Part shown: one piece after another, positions 31,443-41,881 of the stretch
How the letters are laid out: the number at the start of each line of letters is the position of its first letter
Numbering within the stretch: the first letter of the stretch is position 1
Assembly: GCA_021793835.1 (NCBI GenBank)
Contig: JAJYRZ010000001.1
Span: 1 to 44,812, forward strand
DNA: 44,812 bases
Direction: 5' to 3'
DNA from: Actinomycetes bacterium
GTDB lineage: Bacteria; Actinomycetota; Actinomycetes; Mycobacteriales; Mycobacteriaceae
The notes under the pieces: model-generated
Told to the model about the DNA's origin: nothing
What the model saw: the letters and a program-made list of their open reading frames with translations, nothing else
The model's database searches: none
Position numbers and translations under genes: made by a program

Positions 31443-32405
31443 TTAGCGCACTCGAGTGGCAAAAGGCGAAACGGCGCCCTCGGTGCGCGGTACCGAGGCG
31501 GTCTGCGGCGCCGGGACCAGCGTCAACAGTGAGGCCTCGGGCGGGCAGAAGAACCGTGCGGGGGCGTACGGAGAGGTGCCCAGGCCGGCCGAGACGTGCA
31601 GGTGCATGTGCGCGCCCCACCGCGAGGGCCCCTTGACCCGGGAACGATCGATCCCGCAGTTGGTGACCAGCGCGCCGAACCCGGGCAGGCACAGCTGTCC
31701 GCCGTGGGTGTGCCCGGCCAGGGCCAGGTCGTAGCCGTCCTCGGCGAACCGGTCGAGCACCCGCGGCTCGGGCGAGTGGGTCAGCGCCAGGCGCAGGTCG
31801 GCGTCCGGGTCGGCCTCACCGGCGATCGTGCCGTAGCGGTCGCGGTCGATGTGCGGATCGTCCACTCCGGCCGCGGCGATGCGCACGTCACCCACGCGCA
31901 GGGCGCGCCGGGTGTGGGTGGCGTCGAGCCAGCCGTGCTCGGTGAACACCGCGCGCAGATCCTGCCAGGGCAGCGGCGGGCCGTAGACCCGCTCGTGGTC
32001 GCGGTCGAAGTACTTGAGCGGATTCTTCGGCTGTGGGCCGAAGTAGTCGTTCGAGCCGAAGACGAACAGCCCCGGGCGGGCCAGCAGGGGGCCGAGGGCC
32101 TGGGCGACCGCGGGCACCGCGCGCGGGTGGGCGAGGTTGTCGCCGGTGTTGATCACCAGATCCGGTTCGAGGCCGTCGAGCTCGCGGACCCAGTGTTGCT
32201 TCAGGCGCTGATTCGGGGTCATGTGCAGATCGGAGATGTGGAGGATGCGCAGCGTGGCGGTGCCGGGGGCGAGGACCGGGAGGGTCTGCTCGCGCAGAGT
32301 GAAGGCGTTGCGCTCGATCACGCTCGCGTAGGCCAGGGCCGCGGCCCCGGTTCCGATGGTCGCCAATGCGGCGGTGAACAGAGGATTGCGCGAAGATTTC
32401 AGCAC
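31443..32405 (-). CDS. Calcineurin-like metallophosphoesterase (Rv3683-like)
   Basis: HISDLH, TGDN, GSND and AGHTHGGQ motifs. GTG is 7 nt after TATCCT. Confidence 0.88.
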   Translation of the reverse strand: MLKSSRNPLFTAALATIGTGAAALAYASVIERNAFTLREQTLPVLAPGTATLRILHISDLHMTPNQRLKQHWVRELDGLEPDLVINTGDNLAHPRAVPAVAQALGPLLARPGLFVFGSNDYFGPQPKNPLKYFDRDHERVYGPPLPWQDLRAVFTEHGWLDATHTRRALRVGDVRIAAAGVDDPHIDRDRYGTIAGEADPDADLRLALTHSPEPRVLDRFAEDGYDLALAGHTHGGQLCLPGFGALVTNCGIDRSRVKGPSRWGAHMHLHVSAGLGTSPYAPARFFCPPEASLLTLVPAPQTASVPRTEGAVSPFATRVR

Positions 32406-32484
32406 GTCACCGAGGATACGCCATGCGTGCAGGGGTGTCCGGAGCCCGACGCGGCCCACGTCGTCGCGCGTAGAATCGGCTGTC

Positions 32485-32955
32485 ATGAGCGATCTGAAAG
32501 CCACAGTGGAGAAGGATCTGGCCGCGGCCATGAAGGCCCGGGACACCGCGCGGGTGGGCACGCTGCGGATGATCGTCGCGGCGATCCGCGCCGAGGAGGT
32601 GGCCGGCAAGTCCGCCCGCGACCTGGACGACCAGGAGGTCATCGCGGTGCTCGCCCGCGAGGTGAAGAAGCGCGGCGAGGCCGCCGAGATCTACCGGTCC
32701 AACGATCGCCCCGAACTGGCGGACAAGGAGCGGGCCGAGCAGGCGATCATCGAGGAGTACCTGCCCGCCCAGTTGGACGAGGAGGCCCTGACCGCGCTGG
32801 TCGACGACGCGATCGCGCAGGTGCGCACCGAGACCGGTGCGGAGCCGGGCATGCGGCAGATGGGCCAGGTGATGAAGGTCGCCACCGCGGCCGCCGCCGG
32901 CGGGGTGGACGGCAAGCGTCTGTCGACCGCGGTGCGGGGGCGACTGGCCGGCGGA
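32485..32955 (+). CDS. GatB/YqeY domain protein (recognisable part only; frame stays open to 34137)
   Basis: AAMKARD, EVKKR.EAAEIY, YLPAQL, MGQVMK and DGK motifs. TAGAAT -10 upstream. No stop at the usual end. Confidence 0.85.
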
Positions 32956-32980
32956 GGCGGTCGGGGACGGCACGCACGCG

Positions 32981-33023
32981 ACCGGCCCCCGGCCTCGCCA
33001 CAGTGGCGGGGCCGGGGGCCGGT
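32981..33023. terminator. Long hairpin between yqeY and the convergent peroxiredoxin
   Basis: accggcccccggcctcgcca-cag-tggcggggccgggggccggt (20-bp stem with one GU pair). Confidence 0.8.
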
Positions 33024-33033
33024 GCACGTCGGA

Positions 33034-33699
33034 CTAGAGCTTCTTGGTGGAGAAGTACCAGGTCTTGACGTCGTACGGCTCGTCCATGCGGGCGCGTGCG
33101 GCGTCCATCGTGGTCGGCGGCGGCACGACGACCGGGTCGCCCGGGGTCCAGTCCGCCGGCATGGCGACGGACTCCGCGTCGGCGGTCTGCAGCGCGGTGA
33201 CCAGCCGGACGATCTCGTCCATGTTCCGCCCGACGTTGAGCGGGTAGTAGATCATCGCGCGCATCGTCTGCTCCGGGTCGATGACGAACACGGCGCGGAC
33301 CGCGGCGGTGGCCGACTCGCCCGGGTGCAGCATCCCGTAGGCCTTGGCGACCTTCATGTCCAGGTCGGCGATGATCGGGAACGGGATCTCCTGACCCCAG
33401 TTCTCCTCGATGTCGCGGGCCCAGGCGATGTGCGAGTGCACCGAGTCGATCGACAGCCCGATCAGCTGGGTGTTGAGCGCATCGAACTCCTCGACCCGCC
33501 GGGCGAAGCCGACGAACTCGGTGGTGCACACCGGGGTGAAGTCGGCCGGGTGACTGAACAGCACGACCCACTTGCCGGCGTAGTCCGACAGCGACTTCTC
33601 GCCGTGGGTGGTGACCTGGGTCCACTGCGGCGCCGGATCGTTGATCCGGACCAGTGCCTGGGGCGTGGGGGCGGGGGCGGTGGGCTGTTCGGTGCTCAT
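33034..33699 (-). CDS. Peroxiredoxin (Prx6 / 1-Cys type)
   Basis: FSHPADFTPVCTTE and YYPLNVGRN motifs. Confidence 0.93.
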   Translation of the reverse strand: MSTEQPTAPAPTPQALVRINDPAPQWTQVTTHGEKSLSDYAGKWVVLFSHPADFTPVCTTEFVGFARRVEEFDALNTQLIGLSIDSVHSHIAWARDIEENWGQEIPFPIIADLDMKVAKAYGMLHPGESATAAVRAVFVIDPEQTMRAMIYYPLNVGRNMDEIVRLVTALQTADAESVAMPADWTPGDPVVVPPPTTMDAARARMDEPYDVKTWYFSTKKL

Positions 33700-33830
33700 C
33701 GCACGTCCTCTCGTCGGGGGAAGCGGGCCGTCTCGGTTCGGCGGCCTTCACCCCGTATAACCAATACCGGCGGGGGTATATTCCCGGGGGTGCGGGAACC
33801 CCTTCCGGTGCGGGCGGGGTGCGGCCCGGT

Positions 33831-36095
33831 TCAGTCGCCGTCGGAGACGCGCACGATGACCGTGGAACCGGGCAGGGCGGTCTCCTGCGGGACCGTGTCG
33901 ATCACGGTGCCGCGGCGGGCCGGATCGGGGACCCGCTCGACCTGGACCTCGAAGCCGGCGCCCTCGAGCCGGGCGCGGGCCGAGGACTCGGTCCGGCCGA
34001 CCACCGCGGGCAGGTCGACCCCGCCCGAGCCGGCCTCGAAACGCTCGTCGACCGGGGGCAGCTCCGGGGGCGGGAAGTCCCCGACCACGTCGCTGATCGC
34101 CCGGAACCAGATGCGCGCGGGCTCGATGCCGCCGTAGATGTCGCCGCGGCCGCAGGACCGCAGTGGGCTGGTGCAGATCGGGCCCGGCCGGGTGCCGTCG
34201 TTGTAGATGTAGGACGCGGCCGACAGCGAGTCGGTGAAGCCGAGGAAGGCGGCCGAACGGAAGGCCTCGGTGGTGCCGGTCTTGGCCGACACCGGAGCCG
34301 TCCAGCCGCTGGCCGCCGCACTGCCGGCCGCGGTGCCCGAGCCCAGGGCGTCCTCGCCCATCCCGGCGCTGAGCGCGTGCGCCAGGGCCGGTTCGATGAC
34401 CTGCTCACAGGGCTGCTGGGTGATCGTCACCGGCTCGCCGTGTCGATCGATCACGCTGTCGATCGGGCTCGGCGGGCACCACATCCCGTCCGAGGCCAGG
34501 GTCGCCCCGACGTTGGCGAGCTCCAGGGCGTTGACCGGGGTGGGGCCGAGCACGAACGAACCGCTGTTCTCATCGGTGATCACCTGCGCCAGGCTGCGCT
34601 CGTCGAGCCCCGAGCTGCCCGGGTCGGCGTAGGAGCGCAGCCCCAGCTTGACCGCCATGTCCACCGAGGGGGCCACGCCCACGTCCTGGATCATCTTGAC
34701 GAACGTGGTGTTCGGCGACTGGGCGAGCGCCTGGGTCAGCGTCAGCGTCGGCGGGTAGTCGCCGACGTTGCGCACGCAGTAGGAGTCGGCCGGGCAGCCG
34801 ACCGCGCCGCCGTGGCCCATGCCCTGGGCGGCGAAGAAGTTCGGCACGTCCAGCACGTCGTCGAGTCCGAGGCCCTGGTCGAGGGCGACCGCGGTGGTGA
34901 AGATCTTGAACACCGATCCGGCGCCGTCGCCGACCATGGAGAACGGCTGCGGCTGGACGGTCTGCTCGTGGCCGGCGTCGAGTCCGTACTCCCGGCTCGA
35001 GCCCATGGCCAGCACGCGGTGCTGCTCGTGGCCCGGGGCGACGACGTTCATCACCCCGGCGATGCCCGGCAGATCGGCCGGGGCCTCGGCGGCCAGCGCC
35101 TCCCCGGTGGCCCGCTGCACGCGCGGGTCCAGCGTGGTGCGGATCTCGTAGCCGCCGCGGTTGAGCTGCTCGGAGCTGAAGCCGGCGTCGGAGAGGTACT
35201 TGACCACGTAGTCGCAGAAGAACCCGCGGTCGCCTGCGGCGATGCAGCCGCGCGGCAGGGTCTGCGGCTCGTCGAGCAGGCCGAGCGGCTCCTCCTTCGC
35301 GTCGGCGGCCTCGTCGGCGGTCACCGCACCCGCGGTCACCATCGAGTCGAGCACCACGTTGCGTCGGGCGGTGACCTCCTCGGGGTTGGTGTACGGGTTC
35401 AGGTGCGAGGGGGACTGCACGATGCCGGCCAGCATCGCCGACTGCGGAAGGTTCAGCTCCTTGGCGTCGATCCCGAAGTAGGTCTGGGCGGCGTCCTGCA
35501 CGCCGTAGCTGCCGTTGCCGAAGGGCACCAGGTTCAGATACCGGGTGAGGATCTCGTCCTTGGACAGGGTCTTGTCCAGGGTCAGGGCCATCCGGATCTC
35601 GCGCATCTTGCGCGCCGCGGTGGTCTCCACCGCCGCCCGGCGCTCCGCGTCGGTCTGCGCGACCACGAACAGCTGGTAGTTCTTGATGTACTGCTGGTCG
35701 ATCGTCGAGGCGCCCTGCTGGATCTCACCGCTGGAGGTGTTGGTCAGAAAGGCGCGCAGCGTGCCCTGCCAGTCCACGCCGCGGTGACTGGTGAATCGGC
35801 GGTCCTCGATCGAGACCTGGGCGAGCTTCATGGTCTCGGAGATGTCCTGACTGGGGACCTCGAACCGGCGCTGGTCGTACAGCCAGGCGATCGGCTCGCC
35901 CTCGACGTCCAGGATCGTGGTCACCGCCGGCGCCTCGCCCTCGAGCAGTTCGGAGGAGGTCGAGTCGACCGCATCCGATGCGCGGTTGATCAACACGCCC
36001 GCGCCGCCGAAGACCGGGAACAGGATTCCGGCCAGCACGGCGCCGGCCAGGATGCAGACGCCGACGAGGCGCGCCAGTGACTTAGCGGTGATCAC
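33831..36095 (-). CDS. ponA2: Class A penicillin-binding protein (transglycosylase/transpeptidase, PASTA domain)
   Basis: EDRRF..H.GVD, GASTIDQQ, SVFK, SPN and KTGT motifs. GTG is 7 nt after TACCCT. Confidence 0.92.
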   Translation of the reverse strand: MITAKSLARLVGVCILAGAVLAGILFPVFGGAGVLINRASDAVDSTSSELLEGEAPAVTTILDVEGEPIAWLYDQRRFEVPSQDISETMKLAQVSIEDRRFTSHRGVDWQGTLRAFLTNTSSGEIQQGASTIDQQYIKNYQLFVVAQTDAERRAAVETTAARKMREIRMALTLDKTLSKDEILTRYLNLVPFGNGSYGVQDAAQTYFGIDAKELNLPQSAMLAGIVQSPSHLNPYTNPEEVTARRNVVLDSMVTAGAVTADEAADAKEEPLGLLDEPQTLPRGCIAAGDRGFFCDYVVKYLSDAGFSSEQLNRGGYEIRTTLDPRVQRATGEALAAEAPADLPGIAGVMNVVAPGHEQHRVLAMGSSREYGLDAGHEQTVQPQPFSMVGDGAGSVFKIFTTAVALDQGLGLDDVLDVPNFFAAQGMGHGGAVGCPADSYCVRNVGDYPPTLTLTQALAQSPNTTFVKMIQDVGVAPSVDMAVKLGLRSYADPGSSGLDERSLAQVITDENSGSFVLGPTPVNALELANVGATLASDGMWCPPSPIDSVIDRHGEPVTITQQPCEQVIEPALAHALSAGMGEDALGSGTAAGSAAASGWTAPVSAKTGTTEAFRSAAFLGFTDSLSAASYIYNDGTRPGPICTSPLRSCGRGDIYGGIEPARIWFRAISDVVGDFPPPELPPVDERFEAGSGGVDLPAVVGRTESSARARLEGAGFEVQVERVPDPARRGTVIDTVPQETALPGSTVIVRVSDGD

Positions 36096-36223
36096 GCTGC
36101 ACAGGGTACGCAGTACGGCCCCCGTCCGGGGGCAGGCGGGCGCGCGGCGTCGCCACCGATGCGGGCGACGGGGCGGGCGCGCCCCCGCCGGCGGCCCTTT
36201 CCGTGCCACCGGGACGGGGGGTC

Positions 36224-36275
36224 TTGCGACCTACTGCACGGTCACCTAAGTTGAGGGTGTGTGATTCAGATAACA
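36224..36275 (+). promoter_or_regulatory. whiB4 promoter with a downstream CRP/GlxR-like site
   Basis: TTGCGA-17nt-TAAGTT, then TGTGA-N6-TAACA at 36260-36275. Confidence 0.6.
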
Positions 36276-36371
36276 GATGGTCGGTCGAGTGGCGCGGACT
36301 GCAGAACTGTGGTTCACGCCCGGCGCCGGCGGGGCCCGGGGTGGGGCCACGATGCGAGAGGACGTAGGCGG

Positions 36372-36752
36372 ATGTCTGCACCGGTCCGGAATACGACGAG
36401 CGGTCGGGGGGTGCCGCGCACGCGGCACACGGGTTTCGAGGCCTTCTCGGTGGATGCCAGCGAAGAGCGGTTGGAGTGGGTCTCTCAGGCGGCGTGTCGG
36501 GACACCGACCCGGACGAGCTGTTCGTCCGCGGCGCCGCGCAGCGCAAGGCCACCACGATCTGCCGGCACTGCCCGGTGATGTACGAATGCCTGGCCGACG
36601 CACTCGACAACCGTGTCGAGTTCGGGGTGTGGGGCGGGATGACCGAGCGGCAGCGCCGGGCCCTGCTCAAACAGAATCCACACGTGACCTCGTGGGCCGA
36701 CTTCTTCCGCGCCCACCGGCGCCGCCAGGAGCGCGAGCAGCAGGCCGGCTGA
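36372..36752 (+). CDS. whiB4: WhiB family Fe-S regulator
   Basis: Four Cys, DPDELFVRGAAQR and GVWGG motifs. Divergent from ponA2. Confidence 0.92.
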   Translation: MSAPVRNTTSGRGVPRTRHTGFEAFSVDASEERLEWVSQAACRDTDPDELFVRGAAQRKATTICRHCPVMYECLADALDNRVEFGVWGGMTERQRRALLKQNPHVTSWADFFRAHRRRQEREQQAG

Positions 36753-36767
36753 GCCGGCTGCGGCGAC

Positions 36768-36803
36768 AGACCCGGACCTCCGCGGTGAGCGGGGGCCGGG
36801 TCT
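36768..36803. terminator. Hairpin between whiB4 and the ArsA genes
   Basis: agacccgg...ccgggtct stem. Confidence 0.6.
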
Positions 36804-36804
36804 T

Positions 36805-37923
36805 CTACTCCTGCGGGGTCAACTGATCACCGATGGCGCGCAGCGCCTCCAGGTCGGAGACCTCGAACGGCAGTGCGGGCACTCCGCGCACCGGCACCGC
36901 CGTGTGCCCGGCGCGGAACTCGTTGAGCAGCGCCACCTCGCGGGTCGCGGTGGCGTCCCGGTCGGCGTGGACGTTCAGCACCCCGGCGGCCAGACGGGCG
37001 GCGGGGGTGTCGTGGCCTGCGAGCTCCTCGGCCGCGGTCAGGGCGCGCTCGGCGGGCAGATCGGCGAGCATCGGATGGGTGCGGTTGAGCACCAGCCCGG
37101 CCAGGGGCATGTCCTCGGTGCTGAGCCGGTCGACGAAGTAGGCGGCCTCGCGCAGCGCATCCGGCTCGGCGGCCGCGACCACCACGAACCGGGTGCCCTC
37201 GCGGCGCAGCAGCGCGTAGGTCGCCTCCGCGCGCTCCCGGAAACCGCCGAACATCTCCTCGAAGGCCTGCACGAAGGCCGAGGCGTCGGCCAGCAGGGCC
37301 GAGCCGACGATCGTCGACACCGCCTTCATCGCCAGGCCGAGTGCGCCGGTGACGATCTTGCGCAGCCCCCGACCGGGCGCGAGGAACAGCCGGATCATCC
37401 GGCCGTCGAGGAAGGAGCCGAGCCGCTGCGGGGCGTCGAGGAAGTCCAGCGCGTTCCGCGACGGCGGGGTGTCGACCACGATCAGGTCCCACTCGTCGGC
37501 GGCGACCAGATGGCCGAGCTTCTCCATCGCCATGTACTCCTGCGTGCCGGCGAAGTTCGTGGCCACGGTCTGATAGAAGGGGTTGTCCAGGATCTCCCGG
37601 GCCCGCTCCGGGGCGGCGTATTCCAGCACCATCTCGTCGAAGGTGCTGCGCATGTCCAGCATCATCGCGTGCAGGCGCCCGCCCGAATTGTTACCCGGCA
37701 GCGGCACCTCCTGCGGGGTGTTGCCCAGTTCGGCGACCCCGAGCGACTGGGCCAGCCGGCGGGCCGGATCGATCGTGAGCACCACGACCTGACGGCCGAG
37801 CTCGGCCGCCCGCAGCGCCAGCGCCGCCGAGACGGTGGTCTTGCCGACCCCGCCCGCCCCGGTGCAGACCACCACCCGGGTCTGCGGGTCGGTGACCATG
37901 GCGTGCACGTCCATCAGGCTCAT
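36805..37923 (-). CDS. ArsA/Get3 family ATPase (Rv3680-like)
   Basis: [29 protein letters not shown] and VDTPP motifs. Confidence 0.92.
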   Translation of the reverse strand: MSLMDVHAMVTDPQTRVVVCTGAGGVGKTTVSAALALRAAELGRQVVVLTIDPARRLAQSLGVAELGNTPQEVPLPGNNSGGRLHAMMLDMRSTFDEMVLEYAAPERAREILDNPFYQTVATNFAGTQEYMAMEKLGHLVAADEWDLIVVDTPPSRNALDFLDAPQRLGSFLDGRMIRLFLAPGRGLRKIVTGALGLAMKAVSTIVGSALLADASAFVQAFEEMFGGFRERAEATYALLRREGTRFVVVAAAEPDALREAAYFVDRLSTEDMPLAGLVLNRTHPMLADLPAERALTAAEELAGHDTPAARLAAGVLNVHADRDATATREVALLNEFRAGHTAVPVRGVPALPFEVSDLEALRAIGDQLTPQE

Positions 37924-38960
37924 CGGACCCCCTGCTCGGTCAGGTGTTCGGCCAGCGCGTACAGCCCGCCCAGGTCGACGCCGTCGACCAGCCGCGGCAG
38001 CACCAGCCGGGCGGCGTCGAGCCCGTCGAGCTCGGCGGTGCTGTCCTGCTGGATCACCGCACGCCCGGCGTATTCGACCGTCTCGGTGATCAGCCCGGCC
38101 AGTTCGGCGTCGGACAGCGTGAGCCCCACCCGCGCCAGTTCTGCGGCCAGCGCGGCCGCGTCCACGTCCCCGCGGGCGGCCGCGGCGACGGTGTCGGCGG
38201 GCAGATACGCCGGCTCGGACCGGTTGGCGATCACCGCGCCCACGTTCAGATCCAGATCCCGCAGCTCGGCGATCGCATCGGCGGTCTCCTGCACCGGCAT
38301 CGCCTCGAGCAGCGTCACCAGGTGGATCACGGTGGCGGGCGAGTGCAACAGCTCGACCACGCCCTCGGCCTGGCCGCGGATCGGCCCGCCGCCGGCCAGA
38401 TCGGCCATCGCCTTGGTCACGTCCAGGAAGGTGCCGATGCGCCCGGTCGGCGGGGAGTCGACCACCACCGCGTCGTAGACCGGGCGATCCGCGCCGCCGA
38501 CCTTCTCGGTGCGGGTGGCGATCTCCTTGACCTTGCCCGTGAGCAGCACGTCGCGCAGCCCCGGCGCGAGGGTGGTCGCGAACTCCACCGCGCCCACCCG
38601 CCGCATCGCCTTACCGGCGAAGCCGAGGTTGTAGAACATGTCGAGGTACTCCAGGAACGCGGCCTCGACGTCCACGGCCAGGGCGTGCACGGTGCCGCCG
38701 CCGTCGGCGACCGCGATCTTGGTCTCGACGTACGGCAGGGGCGGCAGGTCGAACAGCTGGGCGATGGCCTGCCGTTCCTCGACCTCGACCAGCAGCACCT
38801 TGCGGCCGCCGCGCGCGAGCGCCAGCGCCAGCGTGGCCGCGACCGTGGACTTGCCGGTGCCGCCCTTGCCGGTCACGAAATGCAGTCGCGCGGCCTCGGC
38901 GGCCGCCGGCCAGGCCGCGGCCGCAGGATCGACGGGAGAGCCCGAAGGGGTGGAAGACAC
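37920..38960 (-). CDS. ArsA/Get3 family ATPase (Rv3679-like)
   Basis: [21 protein letters not shown] and DSPPTG motifs. Confidence 0.92.
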   Translation of the reverse strand: MSSTPSGSPVDPAAAAWPAAAEAARLHFVTGKGGTGKSTVAATLALALARGGRKVLLVEVEERQAIAQLFDLPPLPYVETKIAVADGGGTVHALAVDVEAAFLEYLDMFYNLGFAGKAMRRVGAVEFATTLAPGLRDVLLTGKVKEIATRTEKVGGADRPVYDAVVVDSPPTGRIGTFLDVTKAMADLAGGGPIRGQAEGVVELLHSPATVIHLVTLLEAMPVQETADAIAELRDLDLNVGAVIANRSEPAYLPADTVAAAARGDVDAAALAAELARVGLTLSDAELAGLITETVEYAGRAVIQQDSTAELDGLDAARLVLPRLVDGVDLGGLYALAEHLTEQGVR

Positions 38961-39048
38961 CCCCGCAGCCTATAAGGCGGACGCGCCCCGCGGGTGTGGA
39001 CGGGCCCGGCACGCGTGCCGGGCTGGACACGGGCGATAGGCTCGCCCC

Positions 39049-39225
39049 ATGAGTGATGATGCGAACCAGACCAATGCCCAGTGGGAGTACTTCGTCGCGC
39101 CCCTGCTGATCCACAACCCGAAGGCGATCCTCGACAACTTCGGGACCGACGGTTGGGAACTGGTGGCGGTGCTGCCCGGACCCACCGGTGAACAGCACGT
39201 CGCGTACCTCAAGCGGCGCAAGTGA
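39049..39225 (+). CDS. DUF4177-type small protein (58 aa; not in the ORF track)
   Basis: WEY..PLLIH....ILDNFG.DGWELV...AYLKR. GTGA overlap with ridA. Confidence 0.85.
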   Translation: MSDDANQTNAQWEYFVAPLLIHNPKAILDNFGTDGWELVAVLPGPTGEQHVAYLKRRK

Positions 39226-39689
39226 GCGTCGGCGCCGACGCCCGGGCACGCCTGGCCGCACTCGGCCTGACGCTGCCGCCCGTGGCCGCGCCGGTGGCCT
39301 CCTATGTGCCCGCGGTGCGCATTGGCGACACCGTGCAGACCTCCGGGCAGCTGCCCACGGTCGGCGGTGAACTGGTCCACACCGGCCGGGTCGGCGCCGA
39401 GGTCACCGTGGAGCAGGGCGCCGAGGCGGCCCGCGTGGCGATCCTCAACGCCCTGGCCGCGGTCGACGCGCTCATCGGGCTCGAGGGGATCGGCCAGGTG
39501 GCCAAGGTGACCGGTTTCGTGGCCTCGGCACCCGGATTCCACGGCCAGCCCGCGGTGATCAACGGGGCCTCCGACCTGCTCGGTGAGCTGTTCGGCGAGG
39601 CCGGCCGGCACGCCCGCAGCGCCGTGGGGGTGCCGGATCTGCCCGTGAACGCCCCGGTGGAGATCGAACTGCTGGTCACGGTGGCCTGA
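39222..39689 (+). CDS. RidA/YjgF family protein
   Basis: SGQLP, NGAS, HARSAVGV and PVEIE motifs. Confidence 0.92.
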   Translation: MSVGADARARLAALGLTLPPVAAPVASYVPAVRIGDTVQTSGQLPTVGGELVHTGRVGAEVTVEQGAEAARVAILNALAAVDALIGLEGIGQVAKVTGFVASAPGFHGQPAVINGASDLLGELFGEAGRHARSAVGVPDLPVNAPVEIELLVTVA

Positions 39690-39712
39690 CGACTCCGAGG
39701 GGAGGCGCGAAG

Positions 39713-40537
39713 ATGACCGATCCGAGCGACGTGGGCCGGGCCCATCCCGCATACGGCCGACTGCGGCAGGTGACCGCGACCGCGGCCGTGCTGCTGTGCG
39801 ACAACCCGGGCCAGATGACGCTGGACGGCACCAACACCTGGATCCTGCGGGCTCCGGGCAGCGATGAGCTGGTGGTGCTCGATCCCGGACCGGACGATCC
39901 GGAGCATCTGGCGCGTATCGCCGCGCTCGGGAAGGTGGCGCTCACGCTCGTCTCGCACCGGCACGGCGACCACACCGACGGACTCGAGCGCCACCGGGAA
40001 CTGACCGGCAGTCCGGTCTACGCCGTGGACCCGGCCTTCCGCACCGCAGACGGCGGGGGACTGGCCCACGGGCAGGAGTTCTCCGTCGCCGGGGTCGAAC
40101 TCGAGGTGCTGGCCACCCCCGGACACACCGCCGACTCGGTCAGCGTGCTGCTCCGCGGCACCGGCGCGGACGATCCCGGTGCGGTGCTCACCGCCGACAC
40201 GGTGCTCGGCCGCGGCACCACCGTGCTCGATCCGCAGGACGGCGATCTGGGCGACTACCTGGACTCGCTCGACCTGCTCATCGACCGCGGGGCGGGGCGG
40301 ATGTGCCTGCCCGGGCACGGGCCCGAACTGCCCGACACCGCGGCCGTGGCGACCCACTACCGTGCGCATCGCCGGGAGCGGTTGGACCAGGTGCGCGCGG
40401 CCCTGGACACCCTCGGCGCCGACGCCGACGTCGCCGACGTGGTCGCCGACGTCTATCGGGACGTCGACCCGTCGCTGTGGGGTGCGGCCCGGTGGTCGGT
40501 CGAGGTGCAGCTGCGGTATCTGCGCGAGCGGGGCTGA
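39713..40537 (+). CDS. MBL-fold metallo-hydrolase
   Basis: GTNTW, HRHGDH, TPGHT and PGHG motifs. Confidence 0.92.
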   Translation: MTDPSDVGRAHPAYGRLRQVTATAAVLLCDNPGQMTLDGTNTWILRAPGSDELVVLDPGPDDPEHLARIAALGKVALTLVSHRHGDHTDGLERHRELTGSPVYAVDPAFRTADGGGLAHGQEFSVAGVELEVLATPGHTADSVSVLLRGTGADDPGAVLTADTVLGRGTTVLDPQDGDLGDYLDSLDLLIDRGAGRMCLPGHGPELPDTAAVATHYRAHRRERLDQVRAALDTLGADADVADVVADVYRDVDPSLWGAARWSVEVQLRYLRERG

Positions 40538-40575
40538 GCAGGCCCGGACGGGCCCGGGGCCGCGACCGGACGACA

Positions 40576-40629
40576 AGCCGACGAGGGCGGGGCACTCACC
40601 TGGAAGTGAGTGCCCCGCCCTCGTCGGCT
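40576..40629. terminator. Perfect 24-bp hairpin between convergent MBL and crp genes
   Basis: agccgacgagggcggggcactcac-ctggaa-gtgagtgccccgccctcgtcggct. Confidence 0.85.
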
Positions 40630-40652
40630 GTGGTGCGGTGCGGGTGTCCGGT

Positions 40653-41327
40653 CTAGCGGGCGCGGCGGGCCAGCCGCTCGGAGTCGATGATCAGCACCGA
40701 CTTGCCCTCCAGGCGCAGCCAGCCGCGCTGCGCGAAGTCGGCCAGCGCCTTGTTCACGGTCTCGCGGGAGGCGCCGACCAGCTGGGCGATCTCCTCCTGC
40801 GTCAGGTCGTGGGTGACCCGTAGGGCGCCGGCCTCCTGGGTGCCGAAGCGCTGCGCGAGCTGCAGCAGCGCCTTGGCCACCCGGCCCGGGACGTCGGTGA
40901 AGATCAGGTCGGCCAGCGAGTTGTTGGTCCGGCGCAGGCGACGGGCGAGCACCCGCAGCAGCTGCTCGGCGATCTCCGGACGCTGGGCGATCCAGGTCTT
41001 GAGCGCCTCGCGGTCCATCGACACGGCCTTGACCTCGGTGACCGTGATGGCCGACGAGGTGCGCGGACCCGGGTCGAAGATCGACAGTTCACCGAACATG
41101 TCGGAAGGACCCATGATGGTCAGCAGGTTCTCGCGGCCGTCCGGGGAGCGTCGGCCGATCTTGATCTTGCCGGAGGCGATGATGTAGAGCCGATCACCGG
41201 GCTCGCCTTCGTGGAAGATCACGTGCCCGCGGGGGAATTCGACCGGCTGAAGCTGCTTGATCAGCGCGGCGACCGCCGACGGCTCGACTCCCTGGAAGAT
41301 TCCTGCTCTGGCCAGGACTTCGTCCAC
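40653..41327 (-). CDS. crp: cAMP receptor protein (Crp/GlxR)
   Basis: [15 protein letters not shown] cAMP site and [23 protein letters not shown]. Confidence 0.96.
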   Translation of the reverse strand: MDEVLARAGIFQGVEPSAVAALIKQLQPVEFPRGHVIFHEGEPGDRLYIIASGKIKIGRRSPDGRENLLTIMGPSDMFGELSIFDPGPRTSSAITVTEVKAVSMDREALKTWIAQRPEIAEQLLRVLARRLRRTNNSLADLIFTDVPGRVAKALLQLAQRFGTQEAGALRVTHDLTQEEIAQLVGASRETVNKALADFAQRGWLRLEGKSVLIIDSERLARRAR

Positions 41328-41584
41328 GTGGGCTCCTCATATCGTCGTCTGTCTCGTCGAGGCGTCGACGAGACCATGCTCGGGTGGCGCACGCCAACCG
41401 CTGGCGTGCGGTGCGGTAGAACCGCCCGTTTGCCGCCGTGGTCGCGGCGGTACGGCACCGATGGCACACCGGTGTCCCGCACCCGAGAGTTCTGCCTGTG
41501 ACAAAGACTACAAGCTAACCAGGGGTGCTGTCGCGCGATGTCCGGATACCGGACGGGGCGAGCACCCGTGGGCGCGTCGTGTCG

Positions 41585-41788
41585 TCAGCTCCGCGAGGCG
41601 GGAGCGGGCGCATCGAGCGGGTCGGGCACCGGCGGGGCCAGCGGGTCCTCGGGGGCATGGGTGTCGATGAAGTCCTGCACCTCGTCCTGCTGGAGGGTCA
41701 GCTTGCGCAGGTGCGCCTCGACGCGCTCCATGCCGAGGGCGAACAAGACCAGCACCACCGGTGCGAGCACCACGAGTAGTCCTTGCAT
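41585..41788 (-). CDS. Small membrane protein (Rv3675-like, 67 aa)
   Basis: MQGLLVVLAPVVLVLFALGMERVE. Expected position between crp and nth. Confidence 0.7.
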   Translation of the reverse strand: MQGLLVVLAPVVLVLFALGMERVEAHLRKLTLQQDEVQDFIDTHAPEDPLAPPVPDPLDAPAPASRS

Positions 41789-41881
41789 ACCGACCAGTAA
41801 ACACCCTCGAGGTCTCGAAACGGACACGCGCCCGGGACGGTCGGCCGACTCGTGGCGCCCTGCGCCCGTAGGCTGGCCGTC

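Noticed and set aside
36805-38960. Degenerate motifs in the two ArsA ATPases (one lacks the signature Lys, the other the DPA Asp)
   Set aside because: This complementary degeneracy is the usual state of the Rv3679/Rv3680-type pair and is not novel.
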